From an uncultured delta proteobacterium (GTDB lineage Bacteria > Desulfobacterota > Desulfobacteria > Desulfobacterales > JAHEIW01), in NCBI GenBank assembly GCA_963706575.1, contig CAVPNL010000003.1, positions 256,001 to 320,000 on the forward strand: a stretch of 64,000 nucleotides of DNA. Reading direction: 5' to 3'. The position numbers were made by a program, and so were the translations under genes. Shown here one piece after another: positions 18,565 through 31,406 of this stretch (position 1 is the stretch's first letter; the number at the start of each line of letters is the position of its first letter). The notes beneath the pieces are model-generated. The model saw nothing but the letters and a program-made list of their open reading frames with translations, did not search any database and had not been told where the DNA came from.

Positions 18565-21500
18565 CTATTGGGGTAAATTTTCAAATTTAATCGGCTGTCG
18601 ATCCGTTAGCCCTGTTGGCGGGATTTCCGATAATTGTTGGGCCATGTCGTTCATTTGAATGCATTCGGTGAATAAGTCCAAAATCCCTTTATTAATGATA
18701 TCGCATTCAATCGCAGCCCCGAGCACCCGCATGGCATATTCCACTTTTTTAGCCGCCAGGAGGCTCTGTGCGAGTTCAAGGCACGGAATTTCAAGGTGAG
18801 AGCCCAAAGGAGTATTTTTTAATTTTCGGATGCCATCAAGTCCCTTTTCTTTCGGACCTGCACAGCAGTATGCAGCCGATAGAATAAACTGAGCCGGCGG
18901 GTAATCTGGAAAACTGTTCAACAGGCCCTCGAGAATGCTGATGGTTTTGGGTGCATCGCCGCACTGCAACTCAGCCAGTGCTTGGTTGTATTGCGCTTCT
19001 TTCAGATCCGGGTCGTACTCCACGGCCTTTTTGCCTGCATTAAGGGCGTCTTCAAATATACCAAGCCGATTATAAATGTTTCCCATATTCACATAGGCAT
19101 TTGCAGCCAGCTTCGGATTTGGATTAAGGGCAAGCAGTCTTTGCCACAACTCAAGAGCTTGCTCGTTTTTCTCCAGAACGGTTGCTTGTATCGCCAATTC
19201 CCATAGGGCACGAATATCCTCACCCATCTCGGATAACTTTTTCAGGCCGATATCAAAATAGGTTTCCCCTTTGCGCCCCAGTTTTTCTTGATCCAGCCGG
19301 CCGTAATGGTGTACCGGAATACGGCATTTTTTGGTTTCGATACCATTTCTTTTCAAAAGCGGATCGACCATCTCATGCACCGCCCCTTCAAACCGGATCT
19401 GATCCTTGCCGTAAAACAGCCTTACTTTTTCACTGGGCAGCCACCCGAAAGTCGCTTCTTCATCAGGATATTGTCCATCATTGGGCACCCACCCTACAAT
19501 ATTGGGCACTTTGCTATAGTTTCGGGTGGTAATGGAGTATGCGATCGGCGCCCGGGGTATCTTTTTCACAAGTCTATTAAAATCCGCATGGTCCAGGTGA
19601 GAAATCACCTCATCGCCGTCCAGAATTAAAATCCACTCAGCGGATGCTTTTGATATCGAATAGTTGCGCGCTGCGGCAAAATCATCTCTCCACTCATAAT
19701 CATAGACTTGGGCCCCAAAAGTAATGGCAATATCTTTGGATCGATCCGTGGAACCGGTATCAACGACAATCATTTCATCAACAATCGGCTTTACACTGGC
19801 CAGACATCTGGCGAGATACGTTTCTTCATCTTTAATAATCATGCACAAAGAGACAGGCGCCTTCTTCGAGGATTTGTTAAGGGTCATTGCCCCCAGTTTC
19901 TCTCTGACCTTCAGCGCGGCGCCCAGGATGCCATCCGCAATACCGAATTTGATAATTGCATCTTCAATTTCAAGCATCGCCACCTCATATTTGCCCTGCC
20001 GGATGAGAGAATCGATCAGTATATATTTTATTTTCTGGTTGTTCGGGTACAGCTGCGCCGCCTGACGTGCAACGTCTTCAGTCTTTTCAAAATCACCGAG
20101 CCCTTCGATAAAAGCATGATAATTGGTTGCAATATCTAAATCCGTCGGTGACAGGATGAAACCTTTTTCAAAAAACTTTAGGGCCTCTTCAGGTTGCTTT
20201 GTCTCCAGCTGTAACATGCCTAAATTTGTGTAAGGCTCTCCATACCCCCGATCAGACGTGATTGCTCGTTTGAAGTATTTTTCAGCAGAATCGTGGTCAT
20301 TGTTGCGGTAGGCCAGAATGCCTTTGAGGTTCAAGCCCCGCGCATGGGCGGGATCCATTGCAAGCACCTGTTCAACGCTGGCCCTTGCCGCCTCATAATT
20401 TTCCAGACCTTCTTCCGTATATCCTGAAAGTAAAACTTTTTTTATTTCCGGGTTGCCGTTTTCCGAGGGCATCTCATTTAAAACATCCTTTGCATCCTGA
20501 AATCTTTTTGCAGCCACTAAGATCTCTGCAAGCTCAAGGTAAAGACGCTTTTCTTCAGGTTGAACCCTTATTGCATTCAACAATATCTCTACCGCCTGAT
20601 CAATTTGGCCTTTCTGACTTAATTCATTTGCGTTCGATATATATTGTACGGTCTGTAATGCTTTGGCTTCCGGGTTTTGAGTGCCATTCCATGTTTCATT
20701 ATATTTCTTTCGGTCTTCGCCGGCCGATTTTTCCGTTGAAGCGTTCTTTTTGACTTTGTGCCGATCGTAATGAAAAACATATGTATCAGCGGCAATCAAA
20801 TTCTGATAGCCCCCTGCGACCGACCGGTTGCAAAAGTCTTCGACAATCATTTCTTCTGAAGCAAACTGTTCATCAAAATATCCGATTGTATCGGGTAAAT
20901 CTCGCCGGAAAGCCAGACAAAAACCGGCGAGTTTTCGGGTTGCCACCCGTCTATATTGGTTTTGTTCACGAAACGCTTCTGCAGTGGATTCGAACTCAAG
21001 CCGATCGGAATCGTCAGGATGCATCAGTTGCTGAATGCCTGCTGCCCGATTGGACATGGGGCCCACGACACCGATATTCGGCTCAAGTTTGAAACACATT
21101 TTAAACGCTTTAAGCCAACCTTCCGGTACCGCCACATCATTGTGCATCAAAACAATAATCTCGCCGGCGGCTTTCTGGATCGCCTGATTGAGAGATTCAG
21201 CCCGGCCCTCCGGTCCGGCACACTCAATAATGTGGTAACGGTCGTTATCATTTATAAGTTGTTGCGCCCATTTGAGCATGCCTTTCGTTGACCCGCGATC
21301 GATAAGCAACAACTCGTAAGGATCTGCCGTGTGCGCCTGAATGCTTTTTACGCATTCTTTTACGCGATTTTGGATCCCGTCGAGGCTGATTACAATTGAT
21401 GCGGTTGTTTTGCGGTCAATATCCTGGTTTTCAGATTCTCCTGAATTGATATCCGTTGATTCAATTTTCGCACTTGAAACGCTCACATCGATTAAAGAAT

Positions 21501-24500
21501 CTACGCTCGCTGATGGCGGCTCAATTTGCCGGCTATTCAGGGCCTGAAGATTTTTGCCGGCATCTTCATTGTCCGGCGCCAACGATAGAACCCGTTCATA
21601 AAAACCTTTAGCATCGTCAAACTTTTTGAGCGCCACGCATATGTGACCGGTAATCAGCAGCGTCTCTACATCATCGGGGTGTGTTGCCAGGATGTTCACA
21701 TAAATTTGAAGGGCCTCTTCTACCTTTCCCTGTTCTACGAACAAAAAGTCCGCCTGGTTTTTTTGAAAGTTAATATTATCGGGCATTAATTCAACGGCAC
21801 GTCCATAATGATGCCGGGCTTTTTCTTTGTCACCCGTATGATAATGAAGCACGCCCAGATCATTGTGCGCCAGAGCAAAGCCCGGATAGGTTTGCAGCAA
21901 TTCTTCTAATAGTGAGATCGCTTTGTGCGGATCTCCGTTATTTAATAACGGCTGAATCTCCCGATACAGTTCTTCGGGCGATTTAAGTTCTGGTGTAATC
22001 GGGTTCATTTTGTCCAATTTATTCAGATTGCTTTGGGCAGCTTCATTCTGCGGTTCAAGCTCCAATATGCGTTGATAAAACACTTTGGCATCCTCAAACT
22101 GATGCAATGCCAACGCAAATATGACCGGTGATCAGCAACGTTTCGACATCCTGTGGATCGAGTTCCAAAATTTTAACATAGATTTGCAGGGCCTCTTCGA
22201 CCCTGCCCATTTCAACAACGTAAAAATCGGCCAGATTCTTTTGAAACACCATGTTCTCTGGATCCAGTTGAACGGCTTTTTCATAAAATTGCTGCGCTTT
22301 TTCTTTGTTGCCGGCTTGATAGTGCAAAACGCCCAAATCGTTGTGCGCCAGCGCAAATTGAGGGTAAGATTCTGCCAGCATTTCAAGCTCATTGATCAAT
22401 TGCTCGGGTGTCTTATTTTGCATTGATTGCTGGATCGCTTGATAGATCTCCTGCGGTGTTTTCATGGCTTGAGCCGCCTGACTGTCTGATGGATCGGCAA
22501 ACCGGCGCAGCGGTCTGTCTTTTAAGGTTGTTAAACGCTGCAAAATAAGATCTGTTGACATTTCCCAATCCACTTTTGTCTTAATTTGATTCGCTGCAAT
22601 CAGGCCCCTGTGTTTTGCTTGCTCGGGACGTTCATATACCTGCTTTAATAATTGGATCAAATGAGCCTTGTCGGGCTCCAATAACCAACCGGGTGCTCTT
22701 AAAACATGTCCGTTCAGTTGAACTGATCTTTTGGTGCTGTCGATAAAAAATGCGGTTTCTTCAGAGCAGAAATCGTCACAGGCCCCGCCTTTGGTGACAA
22801 TAACCGGCAACCCGCAGGCCATGGCCTCGGCCACCGGCAGTCCAAACCCCTCCCCGCGATAAGGGTGCACCAGACAATCACAGGCCGTGTATAGGCCGGC
22901 AATTTCCTCATGTTTAAGTGTTTCGGTCAGGTATAAAATTTCCGGCGCGGCCGGATCCTTCTGGATATCTTCAATCATCTGCGCGGCATTTTGTCCCTTG
23001 TAAAAGGACTCCCCCCCCATGTCCTTGATCACAAGGCAAACATCATCTTCGCTGGTAAAGGCCTCTGCATAGGCGCTCAGCAAAATATCTATGCCTTTGC
23101 GCATGATGGTGCCGCCGACAAATAAAAATTTGAACTTTTTATTTGTAGTAACTGGGAGTTTTGCTATTTCCGGATGGAATTGGTTATAATTTACACCGTT
23201 AGGAACAACGAATACCTTATCCGATGATATTCCACTGTTTATGTAAACATCACGAACATAATTGCTCGGCACCCAGAGTTCATCGACCAGGGTTTCCATG
23301 GGCTCTACCCAATCCTTTGGCAGAGCACCGAATTCCCAGGGTTGAATGATAATCCAGTGACCCTCGGGCGGGGGGGTGAAATTGGGCGGCCACTGGTGCC
23401 GCACACAAAAATCAGCCGCACCTGATAGCGGTTTTCGCAGTCGCTCTTCGATCAGGCCGAATCGTTCGGGATCTTCTTCCGGGCCAAACTCATGCGGTTC
23501 ATAGGGAATAAGGGAAAGTTCAATGTCATGACGTCCGGCCAGTTGGACACACAGCTCTCTATTTACCAGAGCCAGACTGTGATTGACGAACTGAGAGCCC
23601 TCCCATTTAACCACTATTTTTTTATTTTTGGCCTTATCGATAAATCTTCCACTATCATCGAAATAATCGCCCCAGCGAGCGAAAAAGGTTTGCAAATTTT
23701 CTTTTACATGATCGAATCGACCCTCTGTTCTTCCTTCATAGTGATATAAGGTACTTTTGGGGTTATAAATAACCTTAAAGCCTTTTGATCTGACTTTCAG
23801 ACACAGATCAATATCTTCGACTCCGTTTTTGTATTGCTCGTCAAAACCGGCACATTCGAAAAACAAATCCCTTTTAATTAACAGGCATGCGCCGGTCACC
23901 ATGTCCAGTTCTTTAAGTTCATTGGCCTCAGGATGGTCGCCCGGTAAATTTCTAAAGGGATGATCCGGTATACCGTTTATAAAACCAATTCCTGCGTGTT
24001 GTATTGTATCGTCAGGATAAAGTAGCTTGCTTCCAACGATCCCCACATCGTCATCGGAATCTGCGGAACCGACCATTTCTTCGAGCCAGCCTTCCTGCGG
24101 CAAGGTATCATTATTCAAAAAAACAAGGTGATGCCCACGACCAAGTCTGGCTCCCTGGTTACAGGCCTTGGCAAATCCCAGATTCTCTTTGTTTGTTATC
24201 ACTTTAACCTTTTCGGGGATGCCGGATAGATATTCCCTGGTTCCATCTGTGGAATTATTATCTATAACGATAACTTCAAAAGAGGAGTTTGTTGAATTCT
24301 TATATAGGGCTTCAATACATCGCTTGGTGTAATCTAGCTGGTTAAAGACCGGGATAATTATCGAACACAACTTGGTTTGTTTGGTATTGATTTTTGAATA
24401 GCGTTTTTGATAATTCGATTGTATATGCAGGACTTCTAAATCCGGTAAAATGCCTTTTCTGCTGATGGCATCATCCGTTATCCATTGAAGGCCTGTAAAT

Positions 24501-26482
24501 TCAGTAATATGTTCTATATTGAATTTTTCACCAATACGTAACCAAAATTCTTGATCCCCATCGGCGATGTAGCGTTCGTCAAAAAATCCAATTTGCGGAT
24601 GCAGTTGTTTTCGCCACATGGGATGGGGTCCCACTAGACAAGTATTCAAGTGGTTTTGAAAGGAGTACGGTGGCCATCTATAGGCGTCAGTATGGGTATT
24701 GTTTTCAAAACTTTCATGCGGTGTTTTTGTAAGATAGGTATCACCGTATACAAGCATGCAGTCAGGATTTTCGTCTAGATATCGGGCTAAAATCTCACAC
24801 GCTTCCTGGTTGAGGATATCATTCGTACTTGCGCTTATGCAGTACCTTCCAGAAGCCTCCCTTATAGCGATATTCCAGGCCGTATATATCCCAATACGAC
24901 CCTTTGTTTTGATGTAAGTAATATTTGAGTATCGCTTCTGAAATTCTTGAACAATTGTTTCTTCATTCTGAGGAGAATGGGCGTCAACAACTACGATTTC
25001 CAAATTTTTACTGATCGTCTGGGACTCTAAGTTCTCCAAACATTCGCGAATAAATTCTTCGGAATTATAGGTAGATACAATAGCGGAAACAATATAGTCT
25101 TTTTTCTCGGCTTTGACTTTTTTGATAATTTGCTTGTCTTTTTCAGTATCTTGCAATTTTTCCCAGTTTTTCGTTATTTGATCATCTTCAGGATTTCGCA
25201 TAAGGTAATAAAGATATATTTCCCTGGCTTTATTGACCTCTCCTGATAATTCAATTTTTTCTCCAAGTTTCAAAAATACATCTCTTACATCGATGTTTTT
25301 AGGGGCAATTTCCAGTGCTTTTTGGCAAAAAATAATGGCGTCATCAATTTTTTCTAAATCCATTGAAATAAGGCCCAGAACCAAAAGAGCTTCCAAATCT
25401 TCAGGATTTTTTCTTATTATATTAAGATATTTTTCAAGTATTTGTTCACGTTTATCAGGTTTATCATAATACGCTGCAAGGTCTTTTCGAAAGTTATGGC
25501 CTTTAGTATAAAGACCTTCCCCTTCTTTGTCTGGAGCCTTGTTCTTTTCAAAATCGATTTGCTTGTTGTTGCCTAATCTTCTCTGTGAATCCAATTTTTG
25601 CTTTAGCTCTTGAAAATCGTATCCCATTTTTGAGACAATATCTGGACCTAATGTCTCTAGATACTGATCGGCAAATCCAACAAGCTCTGGAGACGAAATG
25701 TTTTTTAACCACTTGTCGATATTGTGGGTTACTGGCCGGCTATGTTGATAAATACCAACCGGGTCACCAAATCTCCCTATTGGTTTTGGTTTATCGCCAT
25801 AAGTCAGCATTTCTGGTCGAAAGGAAATTCCAAGTTTGTTGCAAATTGCTCTTACAGAATTTTCTGAATACTCAACCAATTCCTCATATTTTACAACAAT
25901 GGCATCTCTTGCCAATAGTTGCATTCCCTTGACTAAGTTGGACGGACCCTGGAGGATATCTAAATAATTTGGACTTTTTTTGAGGGTTTCTGGATTGTTT
26001 TGAAACCATGTTTTTAAGGTAGATGAAAGTACAGCCAGCGGATTTCTTAAAAGAAAAATGAATTTGGCTTCAGGAAAAACCTTTTTGAGTTCAGGAATGA
26101 TCAAATGATACCTTGGGGTTTTATCCAAGAATAATCGTTTACCCGATACCTCAAGTGCACGGTTATACAGGGTCGAGCCCATATGTCTCAAAGCCTTATA
26201 ATACAGTTCCTGACCTTCGGGCACCTGTGAAAGAAAATCTTCTAATCCTTGCCTGGCTAGATTGGAATCGAATTCTGCTAGTAAACCGTTATTTTTTAAT
26301 GCATAAATCGGATAAAGCATAATCCAAGGTTCTGCAATGGTGTGAATGTCCGAGTGCCCACTTAATATTCGCTGCAAAAGGGTGGAACCGGCTCGCGGTT
26401 GTGAAATCAGAAAAATAAGGTTTTGGCCAAACATATCCATCTCCGATGTATTTTCCTGCTTTGAAGGGTTAACGTTTTGCAT
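18565..26482 (-). CDS. giant multidomain protein (~2,640 aa): sulfotransferase-TPR-GT2-GT2-GT4-TPR-GT2-TPR-GT2-TPR; split by a 1-nt frameshift at ~22112
   Basis: ORFs 22094-26482 and 18565-22113 join inside a TPR module (GHICV|ALHQFEDAK, cf. intact copy GHICVALKKFDDAK). Motifs: PRAGSTLL/DKTP; SAIVSTYN; SIIIPVFN..FLNND; HPYRGEGFGLPVAEAMACG; LMHND; SLCMIIKDE..LDGDE. Confidence 0.85.
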
Positions 26483-26565
26483 AACTTGGTGAATTCGATC
26501 GAATTTGCCTGAATTTATAGTTGGACTTGACTATTCTATCATCCAACTCTACATCACCATTAATC

Positions 26566-27345
26566 TCAAACTCGGATCTTGTCCCATAAATCCACGTCGA
26601 ACTTGTTGGTTTGAACACAGTGTATTCCGCTACCATCATGACCAATATTCTTTACTAATGACTTTCTTGGGTAGATAGTATATTTTTCATTCAAAAACTG
26701 ATAGTAGAAAATCTTTACATCAAGTGCATCCATTTTGCCGGCTGCATCCAACAAAATCATATTTAGTAAATCTTCACCATATTTTGATAATTCTTCAACT
26801 TCTTTATTATTTGAGAATCTTTTCAGAACTTCAGCATTATCTAAATAAGAAATCTTCTTAAATCGGTCATGCCAGATACCCATGCCCCAGGCACAAGCTC
26901 TTCGCAGTAAATAAATTTCAGGAATATAGTCAGCAGGAATACTTATTGGTGGAGAGTATCCGGAAATGCTAAATATTTTCTCATCTTTCTCATAAAAATT
27001 TAACGATTCATTCATGAATTTGAGAAAACCGGGGGCTGTAACAATGTCTTCTTCCAAGTATATGCACTTCCCATAATTTTCAAGAAGTTCAAAAATTCCA
27101 TCCCGATTATTTCGTATTCTACTATTTTGCGTCTTTTTAAAGACATGCACATTTTTGAAACCATTGATTGTATCTACATACTTCCTGATTGCATCTACCT
27201 TTTTTTCGTCGCCTGGTTTTGCTCCATCTGAAAATATATATAAATCACTTTCTTTCGCCAATGTATTAGCTTTTAGAGCTTTTATGGTTTGTTTTAGGTG
27301 TAGCAATCTTGAATATGTTGATAATCCTATTGGGGCTAAGCTCAA
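26566..27345 (-). CDS. glycosyltransferase (GT-A/GT2-like sugar transferase); C-terminus possibly frameshifted
   Basis: LAPIGLSTYSR, DLYIFSDG, IYLEEDI, SISGY, AWGMGIW, NIGHDGSG. Confidence 0.8.
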   Translation of the reverse strand: MSLAPIGLSTYSRLLHLKQTIKALKANTLAKESDLYIFSDGAKPGDEKKVDAIRKYVDTINGFKNVHVFKKTQNSRIRNNRDGIFELLENYGKCIYLEEDIVTAPGFLKFMNESLNFYEKDEKIFSISGYSPPISIPADYIPEIYLLRRACAWGMGIWHDRFKKISYLDNAEVLKRFSNNKEVEELSKYGEDLLNMILLDAAGKMDALDVKIFYYQFLNEKYTIYPRKSLVKNIGHDGSGIHCVQTNKFDVDLWDKIRV

Positions 27346-27491
27346 AATGCTCTCCTTCTAAAAGTTAAAAATGGATGCATAACTTGACCGATCCGTAGAT
27401 TAAATTTTTCTAAAAGTCATTTGATTTCCCGCCCAATTACTTGATCAAGAACGGCTTAAAAATAAAACGCGGACTTCGCTTGTTACAATCT

Positions 27492-28483
27492 CTATGATGT
27501 TTGTATGCATGACAACGCCTTCTTTGCTTCGGCTTCGTTGAATTCATCATCAAAATTCAAGCTTGGCTTAAAATAAGTTGGGCCGGTATATGCCTTATTT
27601 GTGTTGTACCCAAGCAATTGTAATCGGGAGAGTATCTCGTGGTACTGTCGTTGCAGGATCTTTACAGAATTTTTCATATGATATAACGATGCTGTGTTCG
27701 GGCTGAATTCTATGAAGCGTTTTTTCGATATGTTTGTTGGTGTAATAGACTTGACCTGCTAGTTGCATATAAACATTTTTGGTTTTCAATGTTTCGTATT
27801 CAGGTGGTTTGAACGAATACCATTTACTAAGATCATTAAAAAATATTTTGCGCGTTTTAAATAACGATGCCATATTGTGTACAGCGTTTCTTTTGATCAA
27901 TAGGAACAAAGGCTTTTGCAATATATGATTTAAATAATCAATATTCCAATTCATAATAAGTGCTTTGAGTAATAGCGGTTTTTCAAAACAACTTTCTATC
28001 GCGGCTAATTCTTTAAGGAACAATTCATGATTAACTTCTGCCAGTTTCGCTTTGCTCAGCGACTGGATTTTGCCGAAATGGAAGAATCTACGCCAAAAAT
28101 ACCAAAATTCGTGAGGTGAGTGAGCACCCTTTGTTTTGCCCAGCCGGGACGTGAAGTCAAACTGCTTGTTACCGTACAGTTCTCCGTGCTTATCAAAATC
28201 AACGAATATTTTGTGGAGCAATCCCCCGATATACGGGGCATTGTAAAAGCGAGACATAATATTGCTGGGATATGCAAACAAGCCTGTAGCAGCTAACCAT
28301 TGATATAGCAAGTGTTGTTCCGCTACGGGGGTTTCCAACAATAAACACAGCAGGTAGTTTGGGCTGGGTCAGGTTAGAAACCTCATGGAGCTCTGGCTCT
28401 TCAAACAAGCAGTTGACTTTGTCGAGCAGATCTTCTAAAGCTTTCGCACGTTTATGCGTGTCCGTTCGCAAGTCGTTATCCAT
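27492..28483 (-). CDS. sulfotransferase family protein (two frameshifts)
   Basis: VFIVGNPRSGTTL PAPS-binding loop (ORF 28199-28543) continues as LYQWLA..PHEFWYFW..ISYEKFCKDP (27595-28341), with tail in 27492-27677. Confidence 0.78.
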
Positions 28484-29455
28484 TACATTCCTTAATAACA
28501 GAAACAATACGATGCATATCGCGTCGACCATACCGTTGGTCAATGGGAAGCGGTATCAAGTGTTCTACCAGATACGATTCAAAAACGTTCGAACCATTAC
28601 CCATTTCAGATATTTGTGGCCAATATGTGGGGGTAAAAATATTATTTTCTTGCAAGCGTTCTCTGAGGTGTTTATTATCGCAGAGATATGGATACATCAT
28701 GGGACCAGTGATTGTGCCGCCATCAATCATAGGGGAAAGTTGGTTGAACTTATGCAGAGCCTTGTGTAGCTCATTGAAATTTTTATTTCTCTTGCTGCGG
28801 ACCCATTCATAATCAATGTTTAATAATATTTTCTTTGTTAAGCGTGACATGCCGGCCATAGATCGATTGTCGAATTCTTGCTCATGGGATCTGAAGTCAG
28901 AAAAACCTTCCGAGGCTCCAAGTTCAATTCTTTTTAACAGATGCAAGCATCGCTCATAAGAAGCCTGGTCTTGTGGCAGGGATAGAGTCGAGTCCTCTGT
29001 TTGCATAAGCAAAACCACCATCAGGGACGCCAAAAAATTTTCTCGGCGAATAAAAGGTTGGTGCGTGGCTGCAGGGTAAATTAAAAAAGGCCTGGGCATT
29101 GTCTATAATAGTATTGGTATATTTCTGTGCCAACTTCTTAGCCGTTTCATTTTTAAGGCCAAAATAATTAATATACAATATATACTCATCACTACCGACC
29201 GTGAAGTTTTGATCCGGTTCAAGATCCTCATTGATAGAATAAAAATGCATAGTCTATCTGTAGTTTTTGAAGCGGCTGAAGCATTACGGGACATATATAC
29301 AATGGTATGTATACCTTTTTCACCGCAAGGCTTTCTAAGATATATGCGAACGCATTTCTCCCGCTATTAAGAGCTGCGGCGTTGTCATGAAAAAGGCTAT
29401 CGTATTGACGCAACTCTAACTCAAAATAACCACCTATTGGCTGTGTGCTGCTCAT
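28476..29455 (-). CDS. DegT/PLP-transferase-like protein (two frameshifts)
   Basis: IGGYFELE, NSGRNA, YINYFG, IIDNAQAF, FYSPRKFFGVPDGG, LPIDQRY across three ORF fragments. Confidence 0.72.
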
Positions 29456-29462
29456 GGATTAC

Positions 29463-30609
29463 TCAACTAAAATTAAAAGTAAGCTTCAGAGAAACTTCCT
29501 TTAGAGAACCTTCTTCTAACGAAACCTCAAAACTGTCATCATCGTAAAGAGTGGGACGGTTGAGTTTGTGAACTAATTTGTTTTTTTCAAGAAAGGATAT
29601 AATAATTTTTATAACGATCTTTGTAAGTTTTTTTGAAGTTGGAGAAATCAACTTCGTCAAATATCTGCCCAATTGACTTTTTTTGTATATCCTCAATTGA
29701 AACTGTCGGGATATTGTAAAAATCAGCTATTTCCATCATTCGCAAATCGCGCGGCACAAGTACTGCCGGAACTCCCTGGATTAGTGCAGCAATGCATCCA
29801 TGCAGTCGCGCGCCAATCACAAAGTCATGTGCTCCTATAATGTCAAACCACAATTTGTACCGGTTCGGGAAAATTCCGTTTCTATTAATTGTCGTCAAAA
29901 CAGTTTTGTAATCGTAAAATTGTAGATACTGAGACATCTCCTGCTTGTGCAGCAAATCATCATTGTTGCGATTATTGGTAAATATAACCTCATCCAAAAA
30001 ATCCTGACCGAGAATTGTTGCCGATTTCATAGCCTCAAGAGCATATGCGGACATTGTCCGGTGATAGGCAATCAGTGGTTTAGTCATCGACTTATTTTTG
30101 TGTATGTGAATATTGTCCTTGAGTTGCCATTGTAATGAAGGACATCCGACGGGGATAATATTGTCAAAACCATGTTTTTGCAGTATTGATGCGGTGTGCG
30201 GACCCCGTACGCCTATTGCTTCTGAACGTTCTGAAACAAGATGTAGCAATCTGATTACTGAAGGATGCAATTCCACGATATCATTTGCTGCTGCAATATA
30301 ATCCTCCATACCGAGGGACAGGGCTATTGTTTTCATGTCCAGTTTTTCAACAACATCTGCTAGATAGGAAATATCCCGTTTTCTGTGGATGTGCGTTGAA
30401 AGCGCAAGCACGCACACATCGTATTTATTTCGCAAGGAAGATATGTCAGAAAAATCATCAATGTAGTCCGCATCAAACTGACGCAACAATGCTTGGCAAA
30501 TAAAAGATGCACCATGATTGCTTGCGTAATACGTATTATTTGACTTCCATTTTTCGAATGAGCCCGGATAGTTGTATTCAGGGCTTAGCCCAATAATCAT
30601 TGTTTTCAT
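29463..30609 (-). CDS. polysaccharide pyruvyl transferase family protein (frameshift near 29590)
   Basis: IGVRGPHT, VGCPS, DFVIGARLHGCIAALIQGVP. Confidence 0.8.
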
Positions 30610-30622
30610 GGTCGGAATTCCT

Positions 30623-31318
30623 CTAATTTAATTCATAGATATTAAGCAGTTCTTTTATTCTTTCCTTTGAATTAAACATCATAACATCAATGATGGAAAG
30701 GTTAGGTATAAACGGATCTTTAAATTGACTGTACGTAATGTCAGATATGCGATGGAATGATAATTCGATGCCTGACTTTGCGAATGAGCTTTTATCATAC
30801 AAGGTTTGCCCGCCAATCGGGTTTATGTACTCATCTGCATTAAGAGCAGTGCACAAGGCGATGACTTTTTCCTGTGCTTTGAGCGAATGGTTAATGCTTA
30901 TCGAAGAAGAAATAATAAATTTAGTTTGTATTTCAAGATAGGCACACAGACTTTTAGTAACGCTTAAAAGGTAGTCAAAAAGGTGATGATTTACCGGCGG
31001 GATGATGTCCTTTAGTAATTGGAAGGTATCATTGAAGTATGGAGAACGTTCATACGCGCCTTTAATGACTCGCAATATTTTTTTATAATCATATGTTTCT
31101 GCTATTTCCAAATCACACACGTGAGAATAATCAGACGCTTTCTTTAACGGAACAACAATATAGCGGTCGCGGTCAAAATTTAAAATTCTGTTGCGGCGTA
31201 TCCAGCCGGTTTTTGTGAATTCGATGTTGTCATATATGACAAATGTATCGACACAGTTAATAAGCTGAAAATAACCCAAGTATGGGAAGAAATATGGCTG
31301 CATAATTGCCAGTTTCAC
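30623..31318 (-). CDS. WbqC family protein
   Basis: AIMQPYFFPYLGYFQLI, WIRRNRI, YINPIGG, NLSIIDVMM. Confidence 0.93.
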   Translation of the reverse strand: MKLAIMQPYFFPYLGYFQLINCVDTFVIYDNIEFTKTGWIRRNRILNFDRDRYIVVPLKKASDYSHVCDLEIAETYDYKKILRVIKGAYERSPYFNDTFQLLKDIIPPVNHHLFDYLLSVTKSLCAYLEIQTKFIISSSISINHSLKAQEKVIALCTALNADEYINPIGGQTLYDKSSFAKSGIELSFHRISDITYSQFKDPFIPNLSIIDVMMFNSKERIKELLNIYELN

Positions 31319-31406
31319 ACCGAATACCTTTGATGTATGTTGTTATTTACTGTCAAGAGATGGTGTTTCATAGTAATTGCATAAGAGGTATAAGTCGCCG
31401 GCTATT

